Part shown: in pieces, positions 21,446 to 34,815 of the stretch
Layout: the number at the start of each line of letters is the position of its first letter
How positions within the stretch are numbered: position 1 is the first letter of the stretch
Assembly (NCBI GenBank): GCA_044222475.1
Contig: JBGANF010000001.1
Span: 1 to 64,000, forward strand
Origin: Polyangiaceae bacterium
GTDB lineage: Bacteria > Myxococcota_A > Polyangia > Polyangiales > Polyangiaceae
Direction: 5' to 3'
Length of the DNA: 64,000 bases
Translations under genes and position numbers: made by a program
The notes under the pieces: model-generated
Seen by the model: the letters and a program-made list of their open reading frames with translations, nothing else
What the model was told of the DNA's origin: nothing
Database searches by the model: none

Positions 21446-21874
21446 ATGACGACCGGACGCGGATCGCTACCACCCAAGCTCTATTTCCGGATCGGTGAGG
21501 TCGCGAGCCTCGTCGGGGTGGAGCCCCACGTGCTGCGGTATTGGGAGCGCGAGTTTCGGACCATCCGCCCCACGAAGAGCGCGAAGGGGCAGCGCGTCTA
21601 TTCGCGACGCGACGTCGAGAACCTGATGCAGGTGCGCGATCTCCTCTACGACGAGGGCTTCACGATCGCGGGAGCCAAGCGGCGGCTCCGCGGCGGCTCT
21701 GCGGCGGAAGCGGAGAAGAAACCGGCGCCCGCTCCGGCTGCTGCGGCCAAGCCCGAGCCGGTCCAAGTGATCGCCGCTGCGAGCGGGGTCGACGGCGCGC
21801 ACGTCCGCGAGACGCTCCTCGCCGTGAAGCGCGAGATCGAGGCGTTCCTCGACGATGAGCTCGGCGGAAGCTGA
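21446..21874 (+). CDS. MerR-family transcriptional regulator
   Basis: [27 protein letters not shown]; conserved ihfA-merR order. Confidence 0.9.
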   Translation: MTTGRGSLPPKLYFRIGEVASLVGVEPHVLRYWEREFRTIRPTKSAKGQRVYSRRDVENLMQVRDLLYDEGFTIAGAKRRLRGGSAAEAEKKPAPAPAAAAKPEPVQVIAAASGVDGAHVRETLLAVKREIEAFLDDELGGS

Positions 21875-22484
21875 CCTCGACGTTCCTGCGGTGACGCCGG
21901 CGTTCGTTCCGCGCGAAGGTCTGGCCCCGCCCGACCTCTCCGCGACGCCGCAGGTCGAGCTGCGCAGCTTCCAGGCCCTCACCGACGGCGGAATCACCTT
22001 CGCTTCGGCGTGCTTCCGCGGCTCCGCCCCCGGCTGGAACCCGGACGTCGACGAGCTCGTCGAGCGCAAGCTCGTCGACGTGGCGATCTCGTTCGGCACC
22101 AAGATTCACGACCCGACGCCGCTCCACGTGACCGCCCACGAGACGGCGAACGGCGTGACGACCCAGCGCTTGGCTGCGTCGCCGCCCGAGCTCGGCGAAG
22201 GGCGGACGTGGCTCGGGTTCCGCGATGGCGCGCCGATCGCCTGCGTCCTCACCTGCGTGCCGACGGACGGGCGCGCGCACGACTGCGCGTCGCTCGTCGA
22301 CTCCGCTCGACTCCGGCCCCCGATCGATCCAACCCCCCCGACCGAGGGCGCCCTCCTCGGCGCGTTGGGCGCGATGGTGCACCATCCGACCGCCACCGCC
22401 GGCGCGCTCGCCGGGGCCCTCTTCGCGGTCGGGCTGGCGCTGGTCGTCCGCCGTCCAAAACGGCGACGCCGAACGCATTTTTGA
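21855..22484 (+). CDS. Hypothetical protein with C-terminal TM anchor
   Basis: ATG ORF overlapping the merR end; hydrophobic helix followed by RRPKRRRR. Confidence 0.55.
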   Translation: MSSAEADLDVPAVTPAFVPREGLAPPDLSATPQVELRSFQALTDGGITFASACFRGSAPGWNPDVDELVERKLVDVAISFGTKIHDPTPLHVTAHETANGVTTQRLAASPPELGEGRTWLGFRDGAPIACVLTCVPTDGRAHDCASLVDSARLRPPIDPTPPTEGALLGALGAMVHHPTATAGALAGALFAVGLALVVRRPKRRRRTHF

Positions 22485-22527
22485 CGCCCCATCCTTGGGA
22501 GAGGGCGTGTTACAAGCCAATCCCACG

Positions 22528-24519
22528 ATGCACGGCGCTCGTGGAACGGCCCTCGTCTTCGCCCTCCTCTTGGTGGGCGCCGAGGCCCATGCGCAGGACG
22601 GACAGCGGGGGAATCTCCTGCCGGCCGGTGCGCCCACGGCCGCCCCGTCGGCGACGACGACGGCTCCCGCAGCGCCCGTCGCGCCCGACCCGAAGATCGA
22701 TCCCGCCGCGGACGCAGCGAACCTCACGCGTCAGGGAGGCGAGCGCCCCAGCAGCGACGGCACGATCGGCGCAAAACCGACCGACGTGTTCAGTGAGGAC
22801 TGGTGGGGACGCACGCGCCCCGTCCTCGAGCTCCACGGCTACTTTCGCACCCGCGCCGAGCTGCTCCACAACTTCACGCTGAACCGCCGCGACACGTTGG
22901 TCCAGGGCGCCGACGGGGTGTTCTCGTCGGACCAACGTCTCTGGCCGCACCCGCTCGACAACAGCTACTCGGACTCGAGCGGCACCGACCGCTCGCTCAT
23001 CCTCTGCGGCGACGACGGCAAGACGCCTTGCCAGGACAAGTCGCAGGCCGGCGCGAACCTCCGCTTTCGCGTCAACCCGGAGCTCCACATCTCCGACAAC
23101 CTGCGGATCCTTTCGCAGATCGATCTGCTCGACAACCTCGTCCTCGGCTCGACCGCCGACACGTACGCGATCAAGCCGAACGCTGGCGGCGGCGGCGACA
23201 ACGGCAGCGGCTTCACGTCGGCGGGCTACAACGGCTACGCACCGCTCTCCGGTTTTTCGACGACGCAGGGCCCGCCCACCGCCGGCGTGAACGGCTACCG
23301 CAACAGCATCGACGTGAAGCGCGTCTGGGCCGAGTACATGACGCCGATCGGTCAGCTCCGGTTCGGCCGCATGCCGAACCACTGGGGCCTCGGCATGGTC
23401 GCCAACTCGGGCGACGGCATCGACTCGGACTACCAGTCGACCGTCGATCGCATCATGTTCGTCACCGGCATCAAGTCGGTCGATCTCTACATCGCCGGGA
23501 TGTGGGACTTCGTGAACACTGGCACGACGAACGCCTCGCCGTTCGACGTCTACGGCGGCCAGCCGTACAACGTCTCGAACCTGAGCAACGTCAACCAGTG
23601 GGGCCTCATGATCGCCCACCGGACGAACCCCGAGCTGCAGCGCGCGACGCTCGCTCGCGGTGGCCTCGTCCTCAACGCGGGGATCTACACGACGCTGCGT
23701 ACGCAGTACCTCGACCTCAAGGAGTCCACCGCGAGCGGCGGATCGTCGAACCCGATCACGTCCGACACGACGTCGGGCGATCGCGGGTTCGAGAAGCGCG
23801 AGCTCTGGCTGCTCACGCCGGACATCTGGGCGCAGGCGCTCTACCGCAAGTTCCGTTTCGAAGCCGAAGGCGTGATGGCCATCGGCGAGGCGCGCATCAA
23901 CTCGATCAACGGCGTCACGCCCACGAAGATCCGCCAGTTCGGCTTCACGGCTCAGGGCGAGTTCCTCGCGGTCGAAGACAAGCTCCACCTGGAGATGGGC
24001 TTCGGTTGGGCCAGCGGCGACCCCTGGGTCGAAGGCCTCAACGGCAGCTCGAACGGCGTGCAGAAGGAGCTCAACGGCGCCGGGCCGATCTCGACGTTCC
24101 GCTTCCACCCCGACTACCGCGTCGACCTCATCTTCTTCCGCCGCATCCTCACTCGCGTCGAGGGCGCGTACTACTTCCGCCCGAGCGTCGCGTACGACTT
24201 CCTCCGCAGCGCGAACGGCCAGAAGCTCGGCGGCGCGGCGTCGATCGTGTGGAGCCGCGCGAGCGAGCCCATCCAGGCGCCGGGCAACAAGCCCGACCTC
24301 GGCGTCGAGCTCGACCTCCAGATCTACTTCCAGGCCAAGGACGGGACGCTCAACGACAACCCGAAGCGAACCGCGGGGTTCTACACGATGCTGCAGTACG
24401 GCGTGTTCTTCCCTCTCGGCGGCCTCTCTTATCTCCCGAAAGAAGTCATCGGCAACGCGAGCGACTGGGACCTCTCCACCGCCCAAACCATTCGCTGGTA
24501 CCTCGGCGTCATCTACTGA
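22528..24519 (+). CDS. TIGR04551-like myxobacterial outer-membrane protein, copy 1
   Basis: Signal peptide; LHGYFRTRAEL, GRMPNHWGLGM, FHPDYRVDLI; terminal aromatic residue. Confidence 0.75.
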   Translation: MHGARGTALVFALLLVGAEAHAQDGQRGNLLPAGAPTAAPSATTTAPAAPVAPDPKIDPAADAANLTRQGGERPSSDGTIGAKPTDVFSEDWWGRTRPVLELHGYFRTRAELLHNFTLNRRDTLVQGADGVFSSDQRLWPHPLDNSYSDSSGTDRSLILCGDDGKTPCQDKSQAGANLRFRVNPELHISDNLRILSQIDLLDNLVLGSTADTYAIKPNAGGGGDNGSGFTSAGYNGYAPLSGFSTTQGPPTAGVNGYRNSIDVKRVWAEYMTPIGQLRFGRMPNHWGLGMVANSGDGIDSDYQSTVDRIMFVTGIKSVDLYIAGMWDFVNTGTTNASPFDVYGGQPYNVSNLSNVNQWGLMIAHRTNPELQRATLARGGLVLNAGIYTTLRTQYLDLKESTASGGSSNPITSDTTSGDRGFEKRELWLLTPDIWAQALYRKFRFEAEGVMAIGEARINSINGVTPTKIRQFGFTAQGEFLAVEDKLHLEMGFGWASGDPWVEGLNGSSNGVQKELNGAGPISTFRFHPDYRVDLIFFRRILTRVEGAYYFRPSVAYDFLRSANGQKLGGAASIVWSRASEPIQAPGNKPDLGVELDLQIYFQAKDGTLNDNPKRTAGFYTMLQYGVFFPLGGLSYLPKEVIGNASDWDLSTAQTIRWYLGVIY

Positions 24520-24527
24520 ATCCCAAA

Positions 24528-26534
24528 ATGGTACGAACCACCACGCCCCTCCGTCGCCCCTTGGCCCTCGCGGTCGCCCTCGCGCTCGCCGCGTGCGCGG
24601 GTCTCACCGCGACGACCGCCTTGGCCGATGACGCCCCCCCGCCCGACCCGAGCGGGCGCCAGAACCTCCTCCCCGACGGCTCGCCCGCGCCCGCCACCAC
24701 GACGACCGCAGCGCCGCCGCCCGCCACCAAGCCCGATCCGGCGACCCCGCCCCCCGCCCCCAAGCCCGACACTCCCGCGAAGCCCGAGCCCTCGGCCGAC
24801 GGCAGCATCGGCGCCAAACCCGCCGACGTGTACAGCGACGAGTGGTGGGGACGCACGCGCCCCGCGCTCGAGATCCACGGCTACTTCCGCACCCGCGCCG
24901 AGCTGTTCCACAACTTCACCCTCGGTCGCGTCGACACGCCCGGCACGTCGGAGCACTACCTCTGGCCGCAGCCGCTCGACAACAGCTACACCGACGCCGG
25001 CGGCACGGCGAACCAGCTCCTGCTCTGCGGTGACGACGGCAAGCAGCCGTGCACGAACAACACGCAAGCCGGCGCCAACCTGCGCTTCCGCCTCAACCCC
25101 GAGCTCCACATCTCGGACAGCCTGCGGATCTACTCGCAGATCGACATGCTGGACAACCTCGTCCTCGGCTCGACGCCGGACGTCTACGCGATGAAGCCGA
25201 ACGCCGGTGGCGTGGGTGACAACGGCAGCGGCTACACGTCGGCCGGCTACAACGGCTACGCGCCGCTCTCCGGGTTCGCGAGCACGCAGGGCCCGCCGAC
25301 CGCCGGTGTGAACGGGTACCGCAACAGCATCGACGTGAAGCGCGTCTGGGCCGAGTTCATGACGCCGATCGGTCAGCTCCGCTTCGGTCGCATGGCCAAC
25401 CAGTGGGGCCTCGGCATGCTCGCGAACGCGGGCGACGGGATCGACTCCGACTACCAGTCGACGAACGACCGCATCATGTTCGTGACCGGCATCAAGTCGC
25501 TCGATCTGTATTTCGCCGGGATGTGGGACTTCGTGAACACCGGGCCGAACTCGTCTTCGCCGTACGATCTCTACGGCGGCCAGCCGGTGAACACGTCGAA
25601 CCTCAACAACGTGAACCAGTGGGGCCTCGCGATCGCGCGACGCACCAACCCGGAGGCAGCGAAGCTCACCCTCGCGCGCGGCGGGCTGGTGCTCAACGGC
25701 GGCCTCTTCACGATCCTCCGCACGCAATACCTCGACACGCTCGCGGGGCAGACGCCGCTCACGACGGACTCCAACGGAACGACCGCCAACCGCGGCTTCG
25801 AGAAGCGCGAGGCGTGGGCCGTCATCCCCGACCTGTGGGTTCAAGCGCTCTACAAGAAGTTCCGCTTCGAGGCCGAGGCGGTGATGATCTACGGCGAAGC
25901 GCGCATCAACTCGATCGACGCGAAGAACCCGACGAAGATTCGCCAGTTCGGCTTCACCGCGCAGACCGAGTACCTCGCCGTCGAGGACAAGCTGCACCTC
26001 AACTTCGGCTTCGGTTGGGCGAGCGGCGATCCGTGGGTCGAGGGCCTGAACCCCGGCGCGAGCGGCTTGCAGCCGGAGAAGAACGGCTCGGGCCCGATCT
26101 CGACGTTCCACTTCCACCCCGACTACCGCGTCGACCTCATCTTCTTCCGTCGCATCCTCACCCGCGTCGAGGGCGCGTACTACTTCCGCCCGAGCGTCGA
26201 CTACGACTTCCTCCGCAGCGCGAACGGACAGAAGTTCGGCGGCGGCGCCGCGGTCATCTGGAGCCGCGCGAGCGAGCCGATCCAGTCGCCCGGCAACAAG
26301 CCCGACCTCGGCGTCGAGCTCGACCTCCAGCTCTACTTCCAAGCGAAGGACGGATCGCTCAACGACGATCCGAAGAAGGTCGGCGGCTTCTACACGATGC
26401 TCCAGTACGGCGTGTTCTTCCCCCTCGGCGGTCTGGACTATCTCCCGACCACCAACGGCTTCGACGCGAACCCGCTCTACGGCAGTTTGTCGGCCGCGCA
26501 GACGATCCGCTGGTACCTCGGGGTCGTGTACTGA
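24528..26534 (+). CDS. TIGR04551-like myxobacterial outer-membrane protein, copy 2 (tandem paralog)
   Basis: Same motifs as copy 1; long near-identical DNA blocks; start MVRTT at 24528. Confidence 0.75.
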   Translation: MVRTTTPLRRPLALAVALALAACAGLTATTALADDAPPPDPSGRQNLLPDGSPAPATTTTAAPPPATKPDPATPPPAPKPDTPAKPEPSADGSIGAKPADVYSDEWWGRTRPALEIHGYFRTRAELFHNFTLGRVDTPGTSEHYLWPQPLDNSYTDAGGTANQLLLCGDDGKQPCTNNTQAGANLRFRLNPELHISDSLRIYSQIDMLDNLVLGSTPDVYAMKPNAGGVGDNGSGYTSAGYNGYAPLSGFASTQGPPTAGVNGYRNSIDVKRVWAEFMTPIGQLRFGRMANQWGLGMLANAGDGIDSDYQSTNDRIMFVTGIKSLDLYFAGMWDFVNTGPNSSSPYDLYGGQPVNTSNLNNVNQWGLAIARRTNPEAAKLTLARGGLVLNGGLFTILRTQYLDTLAGQTPLTTDSNGTTANRGFEKREAWAVIPDLWVQALYKKFRFEAEAVMIYGEARINSIDAKNPTKIRQFGFTAQTEYLAVEDKLHLNFGFGWASGDPWVEGLNPGASGLQPEKNGSGPISTFHFHPDYRVDLIFFRRILTRVEGAYYFRPSVDYDFLRSANGQKFGGGAAVIWSRASEPIQSPGNKPDLGVELDLQLYFQAKDGSLNDDPKKVGGFYTMLQYGVFFPLGGLDYLPTTNGFDANPLYGSLSAAQTIRWYLGVVY

Positions 26535-26574
26535 AGTCCTTGGCTCGCGGGCGCTAGGCCCCCATACTTGCGCG

Positions 26575-27081
26575 ATGCCTTCGCCCGGTCGGCCACCGCT
26601 CGCCCTGCTCGTCGCCGCGATCGCCGTCGCCGTAGGGCTGGCGTGCTCGTCGGGTGGTGACGTCAAACCCGACGCTGGCGTCGACGCTGCTCCCATCGAC
26701 GCGATGGCCGACGTGCCGACCGTGGATGGCTCGGCGTGCACGAACGACGGCGGAGCGGCGACCTGGACCCAGCTCTACACCGACTACTTCGGCCCCGGCG
26801 GGAAAGGCCAGTGCGGGAAGGCGTCCGGCTGCCACCTCGACTCGACCGGCGGCGGCCAGTTTTGGATCTGCGGCTCGACCAAGCAATCCTGTTATCAAGG
26901 GATGCAGAACAACGTGATCCCCTGCGACGCCACCGGCAGCAAGATGCCCACCATCCTGCGCAAGGTGAGCGACCCCTTCGCCCCGGGGAAGATGCCCGCC
27001 GACCCCACGAGCGTCACCTACGACGACAACGACGTCGCCAAGATTTCGAGCTGGATCAACGCCGGCGCCAAGAACGACTGA
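26575..27081 (+). CDS. Lipoprotein, putative c-type cytochrome with atypical CX5CH motif
   Basis: Lipobox GLAC; CGKASGCH; distal KMP; C-terminal ISSWINAGA. Confidence 0.55.
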   Translation: MPSPGRPPLALLVAAIAVAVGLACSSGGDVKPDAGVDAAPIDAMADVPTVDGSACTNDGGAATWTQLYTDYFGPGGKGQCGKASGCHLDSTGGGQFWICGSTKQSCYQGMQNNVIPCDATGSKMPTILRKVSDPFAPGKMPADPTSVTYDDNDVAKISSWINAGAKND

Positions 27082-27090
27082 TCGACCGCC

Positions 27091-28455
27091 ATGCCGAAAA
27101 TCCTCATCGTCGACGACCAGCGCAACATGCGAACGACGCTCGCGATGATGCTGCGCGGCGTCGGCTACGAGGTCGACGAGGCGGCCGACGGCGAGCAAGG
27201 CGCGGAGCGAGGCTCGACCGGAGCGTTCGACCTCGTCCTCACCGACCTGCGGATGGGGCAGAAGGACGGCATCGACGTCCTGCGGTCGATCAAGGATCGC
27301 CAACCGATGACCGAGGTCATCGTGATGACGGCCTACGGCACGATCGAGAGCGCCGTCGAGGCGATGCGCCTCGGCGCGTTCGACTACATCCAGAAGCCCT
27401 TCACCGAGCAGGAGCTGCTCGTCAAGGTGACGAAGGCGCTCGAGAACCGCCGGCTCGCAGGCGAGGTCGCGTTCCTCGCGAGCGAGTTCCGCGATCGGTA
27501 CAAGTTCGAGAACATCGTCGGCAAGTCGAGCTCGGTGCGCGAGGTCCTCGGTCGCATCGTGCGCGTCGCCCCGACCGACGCGACCGTCCTCATCACCGGA
27601 GAGAGCGGCACCGGCAAGGAGCTCGTCGCGAAGGCGATCCACGCGAACTCGAAGCGCGGTGACCGTCCCTTCGTCTCGGTCAACTGCGCCGCGATCACCG
27701 AGACGCTCCTCGAGAGCGAGCTGTTCGGTCACGCGAAGGGCTCGTTCACCGGCGCGGTGAGCGCGCGCAAGGGTCTCTTCGAGGAGGCGGCCGGCGGCAC
27801 GTTCTTCTTCGACGAGATCTCGGAGACCCCGCTGACCGTGCAGGCCAAGCTGCTGCGCGCGATCCAGGAGCACGAGATCCGGCGCGTCGGCGAGAACAAG
27901 GCGATCCACGTCGACGTGCGCATCATCGCAGCGACGAACCAAGACCTCATGACGGCGATCGCAGAGAAGCGCTTCCGCCAAGACCTCTACTACCGGCTCA
28001 ACGTCGCGCGCTTCGTGCTCCCGCCGCTACGCGAGCGCCGCGAAGACATCGCCGAGCTCGCCCAGTTCTTCGTCGACAAGTACACGCGCAAGATGGGCGT
28101 CCGCGTGCGTCTCCACGAGAACGCGATGGAAGCGCTGATGCGCTACGACTTCCCCGGCAACATCCGCGAGCTCGAGCACATGATCGAGCAGGCGATCGCG
28201 CTCGCCAACGGTGGGATCATCACCGCCGACGACCTCATCGCGCCGCAGTCGACGTCGAAGCCGGCGGCCGCATCCGGAAAGCGATCGCTGTCCGACGTCG
28301 TCGACGCGGCCGAGCGCCAGGCGATCGAAGCGGCCCTGCGCGAAGCCGATGGAAGCCGCGAGAGCGCGGCCGAGCAGCTCGGGATCTCCCCCACGACCCT
28401 GTGGCGCAAAATGACCCGCCTCGGGATCACGTTCGACGCGAAGGCTTCAGGCTGA
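27091..28455 (+). CDS. sigma54-dependent response regulator (NtrC/ZraR family)
   Basis: Receiver (LTDLRM), GESGTGKE, ESELFGH..GSFTGA, FRQDLYYRL, PGNIREL, Fis HTH. Confidence 0.95.
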   Translation: MPKILIVDDQRNMRTTLAMMLRGVGYEVDEAADGEQGAERGSTGAFDLVLTDLRMGQKDGIDVLRSIKDRQPMTEVIVMTAYGTIESAVEAMRLGAFDYIQKPFTEQELLVKVTKALENRRLAGEVAFLASEFRDRYKFENIVGKSSSVREVLGRIVRVAPTDATVLITGESGTGKELVAKAIHANSKRGDRPFVSVNCAAITETLLESELFGHAKGSFTGAVSARKGLFEEAAGGTFFFDEISETPLTVQAKLLRAIQEHEIRRVGENKAIHVDVRIIAATNQDLMTAIAEKRFRQDLYYRLNVARFVLPPLRERREDIAELAQFFVDKYTRKMGVRVRLHENAMEALMRYDFPGNIRELEHMIEQAIALANGGIITADDLIAPQSTSKPAAASGKRSLSDVVDAAERQAIEAALREADGSRESAAEQLGISPTTLWRKMTRLGITFDAKASG

Positions 28456-28576
28456 AACCATCGCCGCACCAACCTGAAAGCAACGGGCTCTCTCGTCTTT
28501 CATTCTTGCAACGCGGCCGGCGTCCCGAGCGCGTGCAAGTACCGGATAAACGCCGGATCCGGAAAGATGGCGGAGC

Positions 28577-28592
28577 TGGCACCCGAATTGCT
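28577..28592 (+). promoter_or_regulatory. sigma54 (-24/-12) promoter
   Basis: TGGCACCCGAATTGCT, near consensus, 14 nt before ATG 28607. Confidence 0.8.
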
Positions 28593-28606
28593 AAAGAGCG
28601 GCACGG

Positions 28607-29017
28607 ATGCCGCACGTCCTGATGATCGATGACGACGCGAACGCTGCCCGGCAGCTCGCGATCGCTCTCGCCGTGGAGGGCGTGGACACCCGCCAAGTCG
28701 CGACGGCCAACGAGGCCATGGCGGAGATCGAGAAGAGCCCGGTCGACTTGGTCCTCCTCGAGCTCATGCTCCCCGGCATCAACGGGATCGAGCTCGCTCG
28801 CATGCTCCACTCGCGCTTCCCCGAGCTCCGCATCGTGCTGACCGGCGCGTACCACTTGAGCGAGCGTCAGCTCCGCAACTCGGACTGCGGCGCGCTCGCG
28901 TTCGTCCCCAAGCCGTACGATGCCTCGGCCGTCGCCGGATTTCTCCGGAGCAAGATCCCCTCGTCGCCTCCGTCCAGCGCGCGACTGAGCGCACGGCCGC
29001 CACGCAGCAGACCGTGA
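28607..29017 (+). CDS. Single-domain receiver protein with Glu at the phospho-acceptor position
   Basis: VLMIDDD, DLVLLELMLPGING (D->E), KPY. Confidence 0.85.
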   Translation: MPHVLMIDDDANAARQLAIALAVEGVDTRQVATANEAMAEIEKSPVDLVLLELMLPGINGIELARMLHSRFPELRIVLTGAYHLSERQLRNSDCGALAFVPKPYDASAVAGFLRSKIPSSPPSSARLSARPPRSRP

Positions 29018-29037
29018 CGCAGAAGGCCTGCGCCTGA

Positions 29038-32888
<3,851 letters not shown>

Positions 32889-32905
32889 GCTGCACCTCTC
32901 GGTTC

Positions 32906-32992
32906 CCCGAACACCCTCTGGTCTTCGAAGTCACGGGCGAGGGGTGTCGGGGGCAGAGCCCCTGACGTTGAAGCTTTTTCGAAGACCAAAGG
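32906..32992. repeat. Nested inverted-repeat (REP-like) intergenic element
   Basis: TGGTCTTCGAA 32919-29 / TTCGAAGACCA 32978-88; inner GTCGGGGGC-AGA-GCCCCTGAC 32946-66. Confidence 0.6.
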
Positions 32993-33023
32993 CCACAATC
33001 GAGCGTAAGATCCACGAAGACGC

Positions 33024-34688
33024 GTGAAATTCCTCTGCGAGCAGTGCAAGGCCAAGTACCAGATCGACGACGCGAAGGTCGCTGGGAAAACCGTCCGGAT
33101 GAAGTGCCGCAAGTGTGGGCACCTCATCGAGGTTCGCGCCGAGGTCACCGAGACGAGCGTCGCAACCGCCCTCCCGCAGGGTGACGAGACACGCGTCGGC
33201 GCGCCCGATCCGGCGATCCTCGCGGCCCAGAAGGCGGCTCAGACTCCCGCACCGCCGCCCCGCCCGGGGGCGCCGCTCAAGCCGCAGCCACAGAAGCTCG
33301 CGACGAGCCTCGCGAGCGCGAAGCCGCAACCTCACCGCCCGTCGAACCCCGCGCCCGCCCAGAGCGCGCTCGCCGGCGCGTTCAACAAGAGCGTCCAGCG
33401 CGACGACGATGCCCTCCTCGAGCTCTCGACCACCGCCGAGTGGTACGTCGCGATCAACGGCGTCCCGGTGGGACCGATTCGTCTCTCGGAGCTGCGTCGC
33501 AAGGCAGCGTCCGGTGCGATCACGGAAGACTCGCTCTGCTGGCAAGAAGGCCTCGAAGAGTGGCGCCCCCTCAAGACGGTCACCGAGCTCGCCGCCATCG
33601 TCCGTGAAGCGGCAGCGACCGCCCGTCCTTCGCTCGCGAACCCGCCGCTCCACGAGGCGCATGGCGTGCACACGCCCGCGCCCAGCAGCAACCAACCGTC
33701 CCGACCGCCGACGCGCGGCGCGCCGTCTCCGGCCCAAGGGCCCGGCCGCGTCGAAGCGCCGAAGCCCGGAGCGATGGCCGCGCGAAGCAACGTCGTCTCT
33801 CTCAGCTCGCGCCTCGCCACCGCCGAGAAGCTCGACGCGCTGCCCGAGCCGGAAGAGCACACGGTCATCTCGGATCCGTTCGCCGCGATCGCACCGCAAC
33901 CGACGCCCGCTCCGCCCGTCGCAGCGGACTCGTCGGCGGCGGCGCTCCCCCTCGTCGCGGCCTCGGCGACGGGCGCGACGAGCGCGCCATTCGGCGCGCC
34001 CGCCCCCGTCGCGCTCGAAGCTGCGCCGCCACAGAAGAAGGGCACCAACTGGATCGCCGTCGCGATGGTCGTGCTCGCCGCTGCGTTCGGTGTCACCGCC
34101 GCGATCGCGATCTTCTTCCGCGGCAACCAGAACGTCGCGCCGCAGGTCACGACCGTGTTCGTCTCCGCGACGGCGACCACACCGACTCCCACCGCGACCG
34201 CAGTGGCGACCGCCGATCCGACGGCCACCGTGACGGCGAGCGCGAGCGGAACCGTGGTCGCAGCCGCGGGCACGTACCGCGGGACGGGCGGCACCGCGCC
34301 GGTGGCCACGACCGCGAAGACCATCGACAACTCCGCCATCGCGAACCTCCTCGGCGGCCCGTCGACGGGACCGGGCACCGGACCGGGCGGCGGCACGAGC
34401 GGCGCAGCGGGCGGCGGCTTGAGCGACAAGGCCGTCCAAGACGCGGTCCGCAACTACACGCCGGGCGTGAAGCGCACGTGCTGGGAGCGCGGCGGCTCGG
34501 CCGAGTCGACCGCGATCGTCGACGTGACCGTCACGGTCGCACCGAACGGCAACGTGTCGAACGCCGTCGCGACCGGCAACGATCCGCTCGTCGCGAAGTG
34601 CATCGAGAACCAGGTGCGCAACTGGCGCTTCTCGGCGCCCGGCGAAGTCACCACCATCAAGATCCCGTTCAAGTTCCTGAAGCAATAG
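33024..34688 (+). CDS. GltJ/AgmX-like gliding-motility protein (zinc ribbon, GYF_2, TM, TonB_C-like)
   Basis: CEQC..CRKC ribbon, WYVAINGVPVGP..WQEGLEEW, TM helix, C-terminal CWER..CIENQVRNWRF. Confidence 0.8.
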   Translation: MKFLCEQCKAKYQIDDAKVAGKTVRMKCRKCGHLIEVRAEVTETSVATALPQGDETRVGAPDPAILAAQKAAQTPAPPPRPGAPLKPQPQKLATSLASAKPQPHRPSNPAPAQSALAGAFNKSVQRDDDALLELSTTAEWYVAINGVPVGPIRLSELRRKAASGAITEDSLCWQEGLEEWRPLKTVTELAAIVREAAATARPSLANPPLHEAHGVHTPAPSSNQPSRPPTRGAPSPAQGPGRVEAPKPGAMAARSNVVSLSSRLATAEKLDALPEPEEHTVISDPFAAIAPQPTPAPPVAADSSAAALPLVAASATGATSAPFGAPAPVALEAAPPQKKGTNWIAVAMVVLAAAFGVTAAIAIFFRGNQNVAPQVTTVFVSATATTPTPTATAVATADPTATVTASASGTVVAAAGTYRGTGGTAPVATTAKTIDNSAIANLLGGPSTGPGTGPGGGTSGAAGGGLSDKAVQDAVRNYTPGVKRTCWERGGSAESTAIVDVTVTVAPNGNVSNAVATGNDPLVAKCIENQVRNWRFSAPGEVTTIKIPFKFLKQ

Positions 34689-34815
34689 TACCAAGTTGGT
34701 ACATTGCCGGCGGGGACGTCCGGATTGAATGCCGCCGGGGCCGCCCCCGTCTCCTGTAAGCACGCCTCGACGAAACCGTTGTGGTCACGCTACTGTCCCG
34801 CAGGAGGAGGCTCCC

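Noticed and set aside
22803..24527. Apparent 1243-aa ORF (22803-26534)
   Set aside because: The upstream part is an off-frame shadow of copy 1; the real second gene starts at ATG 24528 with its own signal peptide
26541..26555. Possible sigma54 promoter TGGCTCGCGGGCGCT
   Set aside because: GG-GC spacing is one base short
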